This document shows positions 40,226 to 50,800 of a DNA stretch of 64,000 bases, one piece after another. The stretch lies in NCBI GenBank assembly GCA_964440975.1, contig CAYYKI010000001.1, positions 2,591-66,590 on the forward strand, in the 5' to 3' direction. Numbering within the stretch: the first letter of the stretch is position 1; every line of letters begins with the position of its first letter. The position numbers and the translations under genes are program-made. Below the pieces are notes generated by a model, which was given only the letters and a program-made list of their open reading frames with translations, made no database searches and had not been told where the DNA came from. This DNA comes from an uncultured Candidatus Saccharibacteria bacterium (GTDB taxonomy: Bacteria > Patescibacteriota > Saccharimonadia > Saccharimonadales > CAZNVG01).

Positions 40226-40255
40226 TTATCCACACAACCCCTACTGTTATCCACA
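40226..40255 (+). promoter_or_regulatory. two perfect DnaA boxes (TTATCCACA) upstream of dnaA
   Basis: TTATCCACA at 40226-40234 and 40247-40255, same orientation, 21 bp apart. A weaker ACTATCCAT lies about 30 bp downstream. Confidence 0.6.
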
Positions 40256-40443
40256 GTTTAACAGGGGTGGGCTTGTTTTGTGCATAACTATCCATCTGTT
40301 GGACTTTGCGGCAAAAATCATGAAAAATCATGTGGAAAAGTAATACAATAGTCAGGTACTATAGGGGTACTAAGTCAGGAGGGTTAGTCACCAAGCCTCA
40401 TACGCAGTGGTGATTGGCAGGGTATAAAACATGGGGTTTCTTT

Positions 40444-41808
40444 ATGGTAGATAAGGTCTGGCAGACCGTTTTGGGAGAGATAGAACTTTCCGTTTCTAAG
40501 GGCAGTTTTATCACGTGGTTTAAAAACACCACGTTGCTAGACCACGACAACTCGACGGTGATAATCGGGGTACCCAATATTTTTGCCAAACAACAGTTGG
40601 AGGTTAAGTTTAACAGCCTCGTGTCGGATGTTCTGAAGCGCAACGGACTGCCAGCAAAGAACATTCAATATAAGATTCACTCGTCCTTAACCACCAAACG
40701 CGCCACACCGCGTGAAGGTCTACTGTCTGCCGTCAATAATCACGCCAACAAAGAACCCGCTCGAGCGACAATAACTACATCATCTCGGCAACCGATACGC
40801 CAAGGCTTGAACGAAAAATATTCTTTCGAGTCTTTCATTGTGGGATCGGGTAATGAGCTGGCATATGCAGCATGCCAGGCAATCGTTAAGTCGCCAGGTG
40901 AAAAATATAACCCGTTGTTTGTCTATGGTGGGGTAGGGCTTGGTAAGACCCATCTCATCCAGGCAGTAGGCAACGCGATAGCTGCCAACAACCCGAGCCT
41001 TAAGGTGTTGTACGTCACAAGCGAGACCTTTGTGCAGGAGTTCTTGGATGCAATTCGTTCCAAGAAGCCTTTTTCGGACAGATATCGCCGAACAGACGTT
41101 TTGATAATCGACGACATGCAATTCATCGCCGGAAAGGAAAAAACCCAAGAAGAGTTCTTCCACACATTCAACGCATTGCACCAGGCAAACAAACAAATCA
41201 TTATCAGTAGCGACAAGCCCCCGAAATCAATCCCAACACTAGAGGAACGACTACGATCGCGCTTTGAATGGGGCATGACTATTGATATCCAAGCGCCTGA
41301 CTTTGAAACACGCTGTGCAATCCTACAGACAAAAGCCACTAGCCACAATGTAACTCTGGAGCAGGGGGTAGTTGAGTACCTAGCGACACATATTCAGACG
41401 AATATTCGTGAGCTGGAAGGTGGCCTTAATCAACTCTTGGCTTTCTGTGAAATGCGGGGGATTGAACCAGACCTAGAAACGGCCACAGAATTAATGAGCA
41501 ATGTCCGAACCCGACCCAAGCATGTCACTCCAAAACAGATCATAGAGCGAACAGCCAGGCACTTCCAGATTGAGCTAAACGACTTGGTGGGCCCAAAGAG
41601 AGATAAAGACATCGTGGTACCACGCCAGATAGCCATGTACTTACTCCGCAGCGAGCTACACCTAAGTTTTCCCAAGGTGGCTCGTGAACTAGGGAGGAAG
41701 GATCATACCACCGCGATTCATTCTATTGATAAAATCGAGCGCGCCTTACGACAGGATCAAATCACTCGTGAGCACGTCAATCAAATTAAGGACCGCTTGT
41801 ATGCATAG
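40444..41808 (+). CDS. dnaA: chromosomal replication initiator protein DnaA
   Basis: AAA+ Walker A GGVGLGKTHL and Walker B VLIIDDMQF; the sensor and C-terminal DNA-binding helix-turn-helix are present. Start chosen at MVDKVWQTVL (40444), the conserved DnaA N-terminus. Confidence 0.9.
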   Translation: MVDKVWQTVLGEIELSVSKGSFITWFKNTTLLDHDNSTVIIGVPNIFAKQQLEVKFNSLVSDVLKRNGLPAKNIQYKIHSSLTTKRATPREGLLSAVNNHANKEPARATITTSSRQPIRQGLNEKYSFESFIVGSGNELAYAACQAIVKSPGEKYNPLFVYGGVGLGKTHLIQAVGNAIAANNPSLKVLYVTSETFVQEFLDAIRSKKPFSDRYRRTDVLIIDDMQFIAGKEKTQEEFFHTFNALHQANKQIIISSDKPPKSIPTLEERLRSRFEWGMTIDIQAPDFETRCAILQTKATSHNVTLEQGVVEYLATHIQTNIRELEGGLNQLLAFCEMRGIEPDLETATELMSNVRTRPKHVTPKQIIERTARHFQIELNDLVGPKRDKDIVVPRQIAMYLLRSELHLSFPKVARELGRKDHTTAIHSIDKIERALRQDQITREHVNQIKDRLYA

Positions 41809-42165
41809 CTCCCCTACCTTGTTTTATCCACAATTTGACTTAGGCGCTATTTTAGTTCAATACAATAGTATTTTTAACCTAAATGTTTTACAATGTATTG
41901 AAATATTTGCAAGTGGTATAAAATGTGTACAACTGAATGATTTCAGTGAGGAAAACCTGTTCAAACCCCCTACCCTTACCCACAGGACTGTACAAATAAT
42001 CAGCACAAGACGTTTTAATACTCATGTTCTACACAATAGCTATCAACAGCTAGCGACACATATCCACGCCCACTTCACGGCTCTACTCGATAGCGTTTCA
42101 CGGCTTTACACACTATCCACAGTGCCTATTACTACTACTAATTATATAAAGAGAAGGGATTAAGG
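41809..42165 (+). promoter_or_regulatory. dnaA-dnaN intergenic oriC candidate with DnaA boxes and AT-rich unwinding element
   Basis: TTATCCACA at 41824-41832, CTATCCACA at 42113-42121, ATATCCACG at ~42060. A strongly AT-rich stretch at ~41840-41960 is a DUE candidate. Confidence 0.6.
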
Positions 42166-43266
42166 ATGAAGTTAGCAGTAACGCAAGAGAATCTTTCCAA
42201 GGGTCTAGGCCTTGTAAGTCGCGTAGCCGGAGGCAGCCGAACATCCTTACCGGTACTCCAGAATGTATTAATAGCAACCGACGGCAACTCGCTTCGTCTC
42301 GCCGCAACCAACCTGGAGATTGCTATTAGACTGACTATCGGTGCAAAGGTTGAACAACAAGGAACCATTACTGTACCAGCGCGATTAGCGCAGGATTTTG
42401 TGGCTTCACTCCCGGCTGGCCCTATCAACCTCAAGCTAGATGGGACGCGTCTTGATGTTGTGACCGATAACTATAAGTCGGTGCTTAATGGTGTACCAGC
42501 CGACGAGTTCCCTGCTATTCCAGAGGTGGGTAGCGACAAACAGCTGACTATCGACGCAGCTACCCTCAAGGATGCGATTAGTCAGGTGGTAATCGCCGCT
42601 TCGCACGATGAGACGCGTCCGGTATTAACTGGTGTGTGGCTGCATAGCTACGAAAAAAACTTATACATGGTAGCTACCGATAGTTACCGGCTAGCTGAAC
42701 GCAAACTGGGCCCGACTGAAGAGGAAATCAACCTGTTAGTACCAGTTAACGCTATGCAAGACGTTCTTCGTATCCTTGGTGATGCAGAAGAAGAAGTAGT
42801 TATAGCTTACGACGAGCAACAGGTCTGCTTTAGGATTGGGCAGATTGAGCTCACTAGTCGTCTTATTGACGGCAAGTACCCCGACTATCGACAGCTTATC
42901 CCCAAGAAAACGAGCCTGTCAGCCAGCTTAAGTCGACAAGATCTCATAAATATAACTAAGGTGTCGAGTTTGTTTGCTCGAGAATCAGCCGGGAGTGTTA
43001 CGTTGGAGCTAAACGAGGGAGATCAGTCGCTAAGTATTCGTTCGGTTGCCAGCCAAGTTGGTGAAAACACCGCCAAAGCTAATGCGTTAGTTGAAGGTGA
43101 CCTCGAAGTGGCGCTTAACTCTCGCTATTTACTCGACGCGCTTGGCGTTATCGACGAAGCTGAGGTTGTCTTTGCATGTGACGGCAAAACTAACCCATGT
43201 ATTCTTCGCCCAGGCGGCAAAAAGCCAACCGCGTACACCCATATCATCATGCCGCTGCGTAGTTAG
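42166..43266 (+). CDS. dnaN: DNA polymerase III beta sliding clamp
   Basis: 366 aa with the three-domain clamp pattern, beginning MKLAVTQENLSKGL...LPVLQNVLI. Position directly after dnaA. Confidence 0.9.
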   Translation: MKLAVTQENLSKGLGLVSRVAGGSRTSLPVLQNVLIATDGNSLRLAATNLEIAIRLTIGAKVEQQGTITVPARLAQDFVASLPAGPINLKLDGTRLDVVTDNYKSVLNGVPADEFPAIPEVGSDKQLTIDAATLKDAISQVVIAASHDETRPVLTGVWLHSYEKNLYMVATDSYRLAERKLGPTEEEINLLVPVNAMQDVLRILGDAEEEVVIAYDEQQVCFRIGQIELTSRLIDGKYPDYRQLIPKKTSLSASLSRQDLINITKVSSLFARESAGSVTLELNEGDQSLSIRSVASQVGENTAKANALVEGDLEVALNSRYLLDALGVIDEAEVVFACDGKTNPCILRPGGKKPTAYTHIIMPLRS

Positions 43267-43321
43267 AACCGGTGCTCGGGTACCCATAGTGTCTAAGCTA
43301 TGGGTGGTGGATGTGTATTGC

Positions 43322-43927
43322 CTAGGCGGCTAAACGAGGAGGTAATGACCGGTAGGTTTCCTCGGCAGTGATACTTACAGCAACTTCTTTAGGTCCTTTT
43401 GCAGCTCCCATCACTAAAACATCAGGAAGTCCTGCATTGTAGGCCACTCTCAGGTCGGGCCAATCACTTGTCATGCCCACAAAAGCACGAGCTACTTGCA
43501 TGGCTCTGCCGAGGCGACCACGCTGATAATAAGCATCTACCTGTGCCTGGTTTTGTTCCCGCTTAACGACTAACGCCTCGGCTTCAGAGCGATCAAGTGG
43601 GCCGGTCGGCTTCTTTGGTTGGGTTATGCTAAAAGAAAAAGTTGCAGTCGGCTCATTTTGTAGTCTGTTCCGACGATTTTCCAGCATCTTTTCGTATACA
43701 GCTACGCGTTCTGCATAACCCCAGGGGTGCACATCTAATACCTCTAATGGCCCGCGATCAGTTCCTGTCACATGGATAGTCCGCGTTGCGAGGTCACCCA
43801 AGGCAATTACGTCAACATATTTTTCTCTAAACTCAGAGTAATCTAACAGGCAAACTTCGGTCGTTTCATCAAAACCCCACCATCGATGGTCCATTCCGTT
43901 GTATAGTTCACTTACATCGTATGCCAT
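43322..43927 (-). CDS. hypothetical protein
   Basis: 201 aa, soluble, no recognised motifs; convergent with dnaN. Confidence 0.4.
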   Translation of the reverse strand: MAYDVSELYNGMDHRWWGFDETTEVCLLDYSEFREKYVDVIALGDLATRTIHVTGTDRGPLEVLDVHPWGYAERVAVYEKMLENRRNRLQNEPTATFSFSITQPKKPTGPLDRSEAEALVVKREQNQAQVDAYYQRGRLGRAMQVARAFVGMTSDWPDLRVAYNAGLPDVLVMGAAKGPKEVAVSITAEETYRSLPPRLAA

Positions 43928-43978
43928 AAAACTCCTTTCTCACCACTATACACTGAACGCAAATGCTATCATAGGACA

Positions 43979-45046
43979 ATGGTTATCACTTCCTTGCAAC
44001 TCACCGGATTCCGTTCCTATTTGGATGCTGAATTTGAGTTTGGAGATGGAGTGAATATTGTAGTTGGTCCAAACGCGAGCGGCAAAACCAACCTCCTTGA
44101 AGCACTGTTGGTGACTTGCTTGGGAAAATCCTACCGTGCTGAAACCGCTGACCTGGTTAATAACGAAAGCAACCTAGCCCGCATCCAGTCAACATACAAG
44201 GATGGTGACCGCGTAATCACCATAGAGAAGCATGATGGCCATAGTGTTCGGCGGCTACTAGTAAATGGTTCAGAACATGCGCGGTGGCGGCGTGATGACA
44301 CATTGCCGGTTGTGCTGTTTGAGCCACAGCACATGATGCTCGTAAACGGTTCACCAAGCTCCAGACGGGCATATCTGGATGGAATCCTGGAATCTACCGT
44401 AACCGGATATAAGTCGGCCTTGGCGCGCTTTACACGCGCTTTGGCACAACGCAATCGTCTGCTCAAGACCGCTGGTGTTAGTGAACAGCAGTTTTTTGTT
44501 TGGGATATGAAATTTGCCGAATATGCCAGTGAAATTATCCATTGGCGCAGGCAACTGGTTGACCGTTTGAATGCCGTACTACCCTCTCATTACGCTAGCA
44601 TTGCTGGCCGACAAACTCCCATTGTTGCTAGCTACCACAGTACCATCGGCGCAAAAGATTATCAGACAGGATTGCTTGCAGCACTACACAGGCGTCGAGC
44701 TGATGAGCAACTGCGAGGCTACACACTGAGTGGTCCTCACCGTGATGATCTGCGCATTGAGCTCAACCACCAGCCTGCGGAGATATCTGCATCACGAGGA
44801 GAAAGTCGCAGTATTGTACTGAGCCTCAAGCTTGCCGAAATGAGTATTCTGCAAGATTCGCACGACGCCTCACCACTTATACTGCTCGATGACGTGTTCA
44901 GTGAACTAGACAAAGACCGTCAAAAAGCCCTGGCAGCTACGCTTAAGGACCATCAAACTATCATCACTACGACCAATGCTGACGCGTGGGTGCGTTTTGG
45001 TAACAAGCACTTTGAAACAATCGTTCTTGGCGGAAATGCGGCCTAG
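43979..45046 (+). CDS. recF: DNA replication and repair protein RecF
   Basis: Walker A GPNASGKTN, an SMC-like ABC signature region, and Walker B ILLDDVFSELD. Confidence 0.85.
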   Translation: MVITSLQLTGFRSYLDAEFEFGDGVNIVVGPNASGKTNLLEALLVTCLGKSYRAETADLVNNESNLARIQSTYKDGDRVITIEKHDGHSVRRLLVNGSEHARWRRDDTLPVVLFEPQHMMLVNGSPSSRRAYLDGILESTVTGYKSALARFTRALAQRNRLLKTAGVSEQQFFVWDMKFAEYASEIIHWRRQLVDRLNAVLPSHYASIAGRQTPIVASYHSTIGAKDYQTGLLAALHRRRADEQLRGYTLSGPHRDDLRIELNHQPAEISASRGESRSIVLSLKLAEMSILQDSHDASPLILLDDVFSELDKDRQKALAATLKDHQTIITTTNADAWVRFGNKHFETIVLGGNAA

Positions 45047-45058
45047 TCCACTGACTGA

Positions 45059-46444
45059 CTACTCTTCTGGCGCAGGCAAAAGTGGGCTGTTGTATTCGAA
45101 GTGGTAGTCCAGGAGATTGATATCGATATCGGCCTCGCGAAGTTGCTTGAATACTTTTTCCCTCGCTTGGTCGCTATCCTCGAACATGGTGATATTCAAC
45201 ACGCCAAGTGAGGAAACCTCGTATGTATATGTTCCGTCGTCCTTATCTTCTATAGACTTGAGCTTGCTTTCCATATCGGTTGGTACTTTGACAGTATCCT
45301 TACTCAAGATATCTATGGTGCGCGCGTTGGTTAGCACAAAAAGTCGGCCGTTTTCAGTCGTCATGGAAAGTGGCTGTTCACGATATCCCTTGTCGGTTTT
45401 TGATTGGGTGTTTGGTAGTATTCGCGTAAAGCTTTTCGTATCAACGTTCGCCTGCACGAGTGAATACGGTCGATCCTTGCTTGTAAAGTCGCTTCCAAAA
45501 ATGTAGAGGATGTTATTGTGCCAGGCCAAGCTGGCTTCGCTTGAGAAACCACCGTCGCGTAATACCGTCTTTTTTGAGTTTAGGTCTAATATGGTGAGTT
45601 TTGCTTCAGCTTCACCGTCACCCTCTCCACTGCCTTGTGCTTGCAAATACGCCGAGTGCTTGCCGTCATTTGAAACATAGATGGTTTCTGCCGCATCATC
45701 ACTCTGTGATACGGTCTTGGTTTCAACGTCGATCAGGTTTAGTACCCCAACCGCGTCAGCATCTCTCTTTATATCCGCCATGACGTAGAGAGTATTATCC
45801 GTAGCAACCACTGTTTGCGCGGCGCCTGCAACCTCGTAGCTGTCAGCCTGCCTCAAGTCTTCGCCTATCCCCACTACGGAGCTGGTATCGCCGCTGTCTG
45901 CCTCCGCCCCCTCTTCCGTGTCAGCTTCGAAGGGACTGGTAGTTACATAGAAAGGATACTTCTTATTGCCCGTGAAGCACTGTTCAAGATCGGTACCTAT
46001 AAAGCTAAAGGCTTTTGTTTGCAAGTCAAAACCCCACCAGTATTCATCATCGAGTGATTGGTTCTGAGCGACAATTATCTTGCCAAGGTCATCGTCTTCC
46101 AAATACCCTTTAGCTCTAAACACAACCTTGTTGCGTTGCTTGTTCCAGCACATTCGCTCGATAATTGGCAGTTTAAACGTCGGAGTGGTAGCGGTAGTGG
46201 CACCGGTTGCAAGATCTAATTCTGAAAAGTTTTTACCGTTAAACAACGACAGCTTCTTGCCGTCTTCACTAGACACAGCCTTTACGTCACCGCTGGTTAT
46301 GCCACTATAAATTTGCAGAGTTTCGGTGTTGTACGTTGGCCCTCGACGCGTCAGCATAAATACAACCAGCAGCACTGCCGTGGCAATCGCGCCAATGATG
46401 AAAAGTTTTTTCTTGTTGTTTTTTGGTGTGACTGTTGGGTCCAT
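45059..46444 (-). CDS. membrane-anchored extracytoplasmic beta-rich protein, last gene of the T4SS-like operon
   Basis: N-terminal TM helix LFIIGAIATAVLLVVFML. The remainder has alternating beta-strand-like segments and acidic patches. Confidence 0.45.
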   Translation of the reverse strand: MDPTVTPKNNKKKLFIIGAIATAVLLVVFMLTRRGPTYNTETLQIYSGITSGDVKAVSSEDGKKLSLFNGKNFSELDLATGATTATTPTFKLPIIERMCWNKQRNKVVFRAKGYLEDDDLGKIIVAQNQSLDDEYWWGFDLQTKAFSFIGTDLEQCFTGNKKYPFYVTTSPFEADTEEGAEADSGDTSSVVGIGEDLRQADSYEVAGAAQTVVATDNTLYVMADIKRDADAVGVLNLIDVETKTVSQSDDAAETIYVSNDGKHSAYLQAQGSGEGDGEAEAKLTILDLNSKKTVLRDGGFSSEASLAWHNNILYIFGSDFTSKDRPYSLVQANVDTKSFTRILPNTQSKTDKGYREQPLSMTTENGRLFVLTNARTIDILSKDTVKVPTDMESKLKSIEDKDDGTYTYEVSSLGVLNITMFEDSDQAREKVFKQLREADIDINLLDYHFEYNSPLLPAPEE

Positions 46445-46446
46445 GG

Positions 46447-47877
46447 CTACTCCGGTACGGATTTATATGCTTCTCTGAGGAATGGTTGTACGGTAATGAA
46501 TCTACCCGGATAATCTTTGAGACACTCGTTGGCAGAACAGCTTGGGCGAGAGGCGCCGTTGGTCATGTCAAAGTGTAGGTGTGCTTCTGTTCCGTTAGCA
46601 TTTTTGCTTTCGCCGCTATGGCCCAGTAGTTGCCCAGCAGTTATGGTATCGCCGACATGTACCACATTGCCGTCCTTAGGCATGTGGGTGTAGTAATAGT
46701 TGATGCCATCATCTCCCTTTATTTGCACATTTCGTCCGAATTTATCAGAGTACCCTGTCCGTACTACCTTACCGGGTCGCGAGGCTACTATAGGAGTGCC
46801 CGGGGGCGTAAAGATGTCAGCGGCATTGTAATGGTGGTGGCAATTGGTGTTATTATTTTCGCACCACTGATCTGGTTTTTGAGAACGTATAATCGACTTT
46901 TTTACTTGTAGTGGGAACACAAAACCACTGGCACTTACTGCGACTTGTGGCACTGTTCCGGGGGTGCACTGCTCGCTAGCCGGGGCCGCTGGGCCATCCG
47001 GTGCCGGAGATATGCCGCCTGGAATAGCATCGGCCTCATAGACGGTACCAGACTCGACTGACTGATCTGGCGCCCAGCGATACTGTAAGTCGTCACCCTG
47101 TGAGTTGCGCCTACCGCCAGACGGCCCACCGTATTGCCATTGGGCTGCATCAATAGCCTTCATTGCAGCGGGCGCCAATCCAGCAACCCGTCCATCATAT
47201 TCGGCGGGAGTTCCTTCGACATATCCCGACCAATAGCTCGGTACACTACCCCTAGAGTTGCTTTTAGTGCCCGTCCATGGTGCGGGTCCAGTTTCTATAA
47301 GGGCCGTAACCACTGCCTTCTTGGTGCGCGGGTTAATGACTAGTATTTTGCGTAGTGCGCTGTAGTACCAGCCTTTGGTGTCTTTTTCGGAGCCATTTAC
47401 TTTGCTACTACCGTCCCATTTCCAGGTGAACGGTCGCGTACGCATGTTGGAATAAAACTTTACATCAATTGGTTTAAGGATATTTTTCATAGAACCACCA
47501 ACAGCGAGAGATGGCTGGCCGGCGATATGAAGGAGTCGCACTACCCCATTTGAGTCAATAAATGCTTCACTCTCTTGCCCCGTTCCACCATGGGTTGCCG
47601 GCAGCTTATGCCCCTCAAGGGTGTCTGAGCCACCAGCTGGTATGGGCCCGGCAGGAGTGGTTGTCGTTGTGGTGGTAGGCGTGGCTGGGCAGGTGATGCC
47701 GTAGTCGCACGCATCTAGCACGTCAACATTATTTTTGCGGAGGGCTGCTTCCCGGCCTGGTGAACAGTCCTTACCGATCTTAGCGTGTACCGGTTTAGGG
47801 ACAAATGCCAACATTACAGACAGCATAAATATAGACACGGTGACAATAGCCTGTATACGATGCAGCAGCTTAGTCAT
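46447..47877 (-). CDS. secreted M23 (LytM) family peptidase
   Basis: Signal peptide. C-terminal M23 motifs HHHYNAADI (HxxxD) ... GHSGESKNANGTEAHLHFD (HxH). Confidence 0.75.
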   Translation of the reverse strand: MTKLLHRIQAIVTVSIFMLSVMLAFVPKPVHAKIGKDCSPGREAALRKNNVDVLDACDYGITCPATPTTTTTTTPAGPIPAGGSDTLEGHKLPATHGGTGQESEAFIDSNGVVRLLHIAGQPSLAVGGSMKNILKPIDVKFYSNMRTRPFTWKWDGSSKVNGSEKDTKGWYYSALRKILVINPRTKKAVVTALIETGPAPWTGTKSNSRGSVPSYWSGYVEGTPAEYDGRVAGLAPAAMKAIDAAQWQYGGPSGGRRNSQGDDLQYRWAPDQSVESGTVYEADAIPGGISPAPDGPAAPASEQCTPGTVPQVAVSASGFVFPLQVKKSIIRSQKPDQWCENNNTNCHHHYNAADIFTPPGTPIVASRPGKVVRTGYSDKFGRNVQIKGDDGINYYYTHMPKDGNVVHVGDTITAGQLLGHSGESKNANGTEAHLHFDMTNGASRPSCSANECLKDYPGRFITVQPFLREAYKSVPE

Positions 47878-50800
47878 TTGGACACCCCGCTAGGATTCGA
47901 GGACCCTTAACCGACACGTGAATATGATTGGCATGGTCTCTGAGTGTCCCTGAGCCATAGCTATGTGGCTCGCCCTGTTTAAGGTTAGATGTGCCCGGGG
48001 GTGGATTGGAGTAAATCAACTCGTTAATGTTGAGCGCAGCACGGTTGTTATACAGATACGGCATAAGCTGCGGCGCAACAGACTCGTTACCGATATCAAT
48101 AGCATATCCTCCGTAATGGTTTGAGGTGACCTTTGTTTGTCGTGTGCAGGGATTGTGTCCTGTTTGGATAACTGACGGCTCAAGGGTAACTTTAGCCTGC
48201 TCTAGCATGGCTACTATCAGCTGAACCAAACCATCCTTAGCCACGCCATTTTGGATATCAACGGTTGGCCTATTGGTCTGCGGTTTCCAGCCAGGATTGT
48301 TGAAAATACGGTTTACCAATTGAGCCCTCTCTCCTGCAGGTAGTGTGCCGCCGGGAGTTGGGCCGGTTTCTCCAGTAATTGCCTGGGCGACAACGTCATT
48401 GACGATTAGCTGGGCAAGAATGGTATAGCAGTTGGCTCCTGGGTGGACACCCGCAGCCTCTGTAATACATGCTGACCTGTTAATGCGGCCGTCATCAAAG
48501 TAGGCCTTAAGATCAATTATCTTAAAGTTCTTAGCGATAGCCTGCAGCTTAAGAATGTTGTTATAGGTATCATACTTTGCCTGGCCAGCTCCGCCAGAAT
48601 AGATATTTACAAAATATATTGAGATATTTGGGTTTGCCGCGCGCGCTTTATCCACTGCCTCGACAATTTTTGCACCATAACCGTCTGGCGTCTCCAGTGC
48701 ATTAGTACCGAGCGCAATAACGAGTGTACCTGCTCGAGCAATCTCGGCAGTGTGTGCGTCGATTTGTTGAACGCCCCAAGTCAGGGCCTGGCCACCAACA
48801 GCATTAATGGTTGATGTCCAGCCGGCGGCTTGGAATTTATCGGTAATTTTTACATTGTTATATCCAACAGTAAGTGAATCCCCAATCATATAAACCGACT
48901 TATTCACCGCAGCGGGGCTAGGTGTTGGGGCTATCGGCTCGTCATCTGATGTGTCGCTCAGATCACCAGTAATATTGTCAGAGATTGAGGTGCTGAGGTC
49001 TAGGTCCATTACATATACACGCATACGATTCTTTTCCTCGCTATTGTCCTTGCATTCGGTGCGTTCACCAAAATCACCCGTATCGGTAGAGCTATTATAT
49101 TCAACATCTACCGGGTCAATACAGCTCTTTTTGAATTTATCAAACTCACTATCGGGCACTGGCTTGCCGGCTTCGTCTACGTAGTTCTGGTCCATCATCC
49201 AGCGTTCATTTTCGCCAGGATCTATAGTCTCGGTAACGTTATCTGGTAGGCCCATTATCGGGTTTCCAAAGGCATCGTGGGCAATTTCGTCGGGGTCTTC
49301 TGCAGCAAAGGCCTTATTGGTGGTTACATCGAGTACTGATCCGAACATGGCAGGTATGCCGGCAAAACTCATGCTCCCAATTGCTCCAACGTTCGCAAGT
49401 TGACTATATCCAGAAATCAAGCTAGTTGAGGCCAGTGAAGTGGGATTGCCGAGGCTAATGTAGCGTTCAAACAGACTTTGCTTGGCGAGTTCGGTGCGGC
49501 GGGTTTCGTCCACCTCTTGTTGCAGCGCAAATACTTGGCGATTTTTAAGCGGTTTCATGCCCATACTATGTCCACGCATTTGCGACATGGCTCCCGCTCC
49601 CGATACTAAGGCTGCTGCCAGGTTGTCACCACTTTCGTCACCAGTTATGACGGCCCCTGCCAAGGTTCGGGCCAAGATTGGAAGTAGCACGGCTTTTGCG
49701 ATTTCTAGGGTTGCTGAAATAGCACCTGCGCTTGCTGCACTGGCTGCAACTGCTGTCGCGGTAAGTGTTCCTCCGGTAGCAATACCGCCTCCAATCCTGA
49801 CGACGACTAACTCGGTTGCGCTGGTTGCGATTTGGAAGATTGGATTTCCAGCCACCTTACAAATACCTTTAGTTGGCAGATAATGATCTGCGGCATCCAG
49901 GAACGATCCAAGGTCGCCACCGATTTTTCCATCAACCGAATATCGATTACGCTCCCTGCCAACTACTCCCGGGTTCTTTCGTTTGTTGCTCACATAATTC
50001 CAGGAGCCCGAACTATAGAATGATTTGCCTGTCGACTTGTTTAGAGTGTGGGCCAGGGCCATAAAGCCCGCCATGTCCTGACCGTCGATATCACCATCTT
50101 TAACTGAATCAGCCATAACAAATATAGCCGTAGCAAATTTCGCTAGCTGCATTGCGCGCATCACCCGGCTCGCACCACGAACTGCTTGGGCAAAGGCATA
50201 GGCCTGACAGCTATAGTCGGCAACGGCTGCAAAGCCTCCAATTGCGCCTTTAGCTGCACCTTCTGCACCCTCTTTTACGGTCTTGCCGGCAATATCTGCA
50301 GCTTCACTTTCAATCCGCTCTAAGGACTCTTCACCAACATCCCCCGCAATGCGCCCGGCTGGATCAGCATCAACTTGCTCTGCGATTTCATCCGCAAGCT
50401 TGTTCGCATCATCTAATTCACTAGCAGCCTGGTCGATGTCTGCATCGGCTCGCTCGCGTTCTGGGTCTGGCGATTCTGGGTCATCTGGCCCCGGATCTGT
50501 CTTGGCCTCCCCTTTGCCTTTAGCGGTAACATCATAGCCCGGGATCAATCCCATAAGCGCACCGCGCATCTTAGCTTTAAATTTTTCCCTAAAGTTAAAT
50601 TTGCGTCCTAGTTTTTCACGTAGCTCCAACTCTTTCCGCTCGAGCCAGTCAACTACCCGATTGTCCCTGATCCAGTTTTTGCGGATTAAACCATATCGCT
50701 TGAATACAGCTCGCGCTTTACGTCCGCGCCAAAAAGCACTCCTCCCAGAGTGCCGTTCTGCGATTGCCTCTTTGATCGCTGAGCGTCGTTTCCAGATTGA

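Noticed and set aside
43280-43312. Hairpin ACCCATAG...CTATGGGT between dnaN and the convergent gene, considered as a bidirectional terminator.
   Set aside because: No U-tract on either strand. Left unannotated as too weak.
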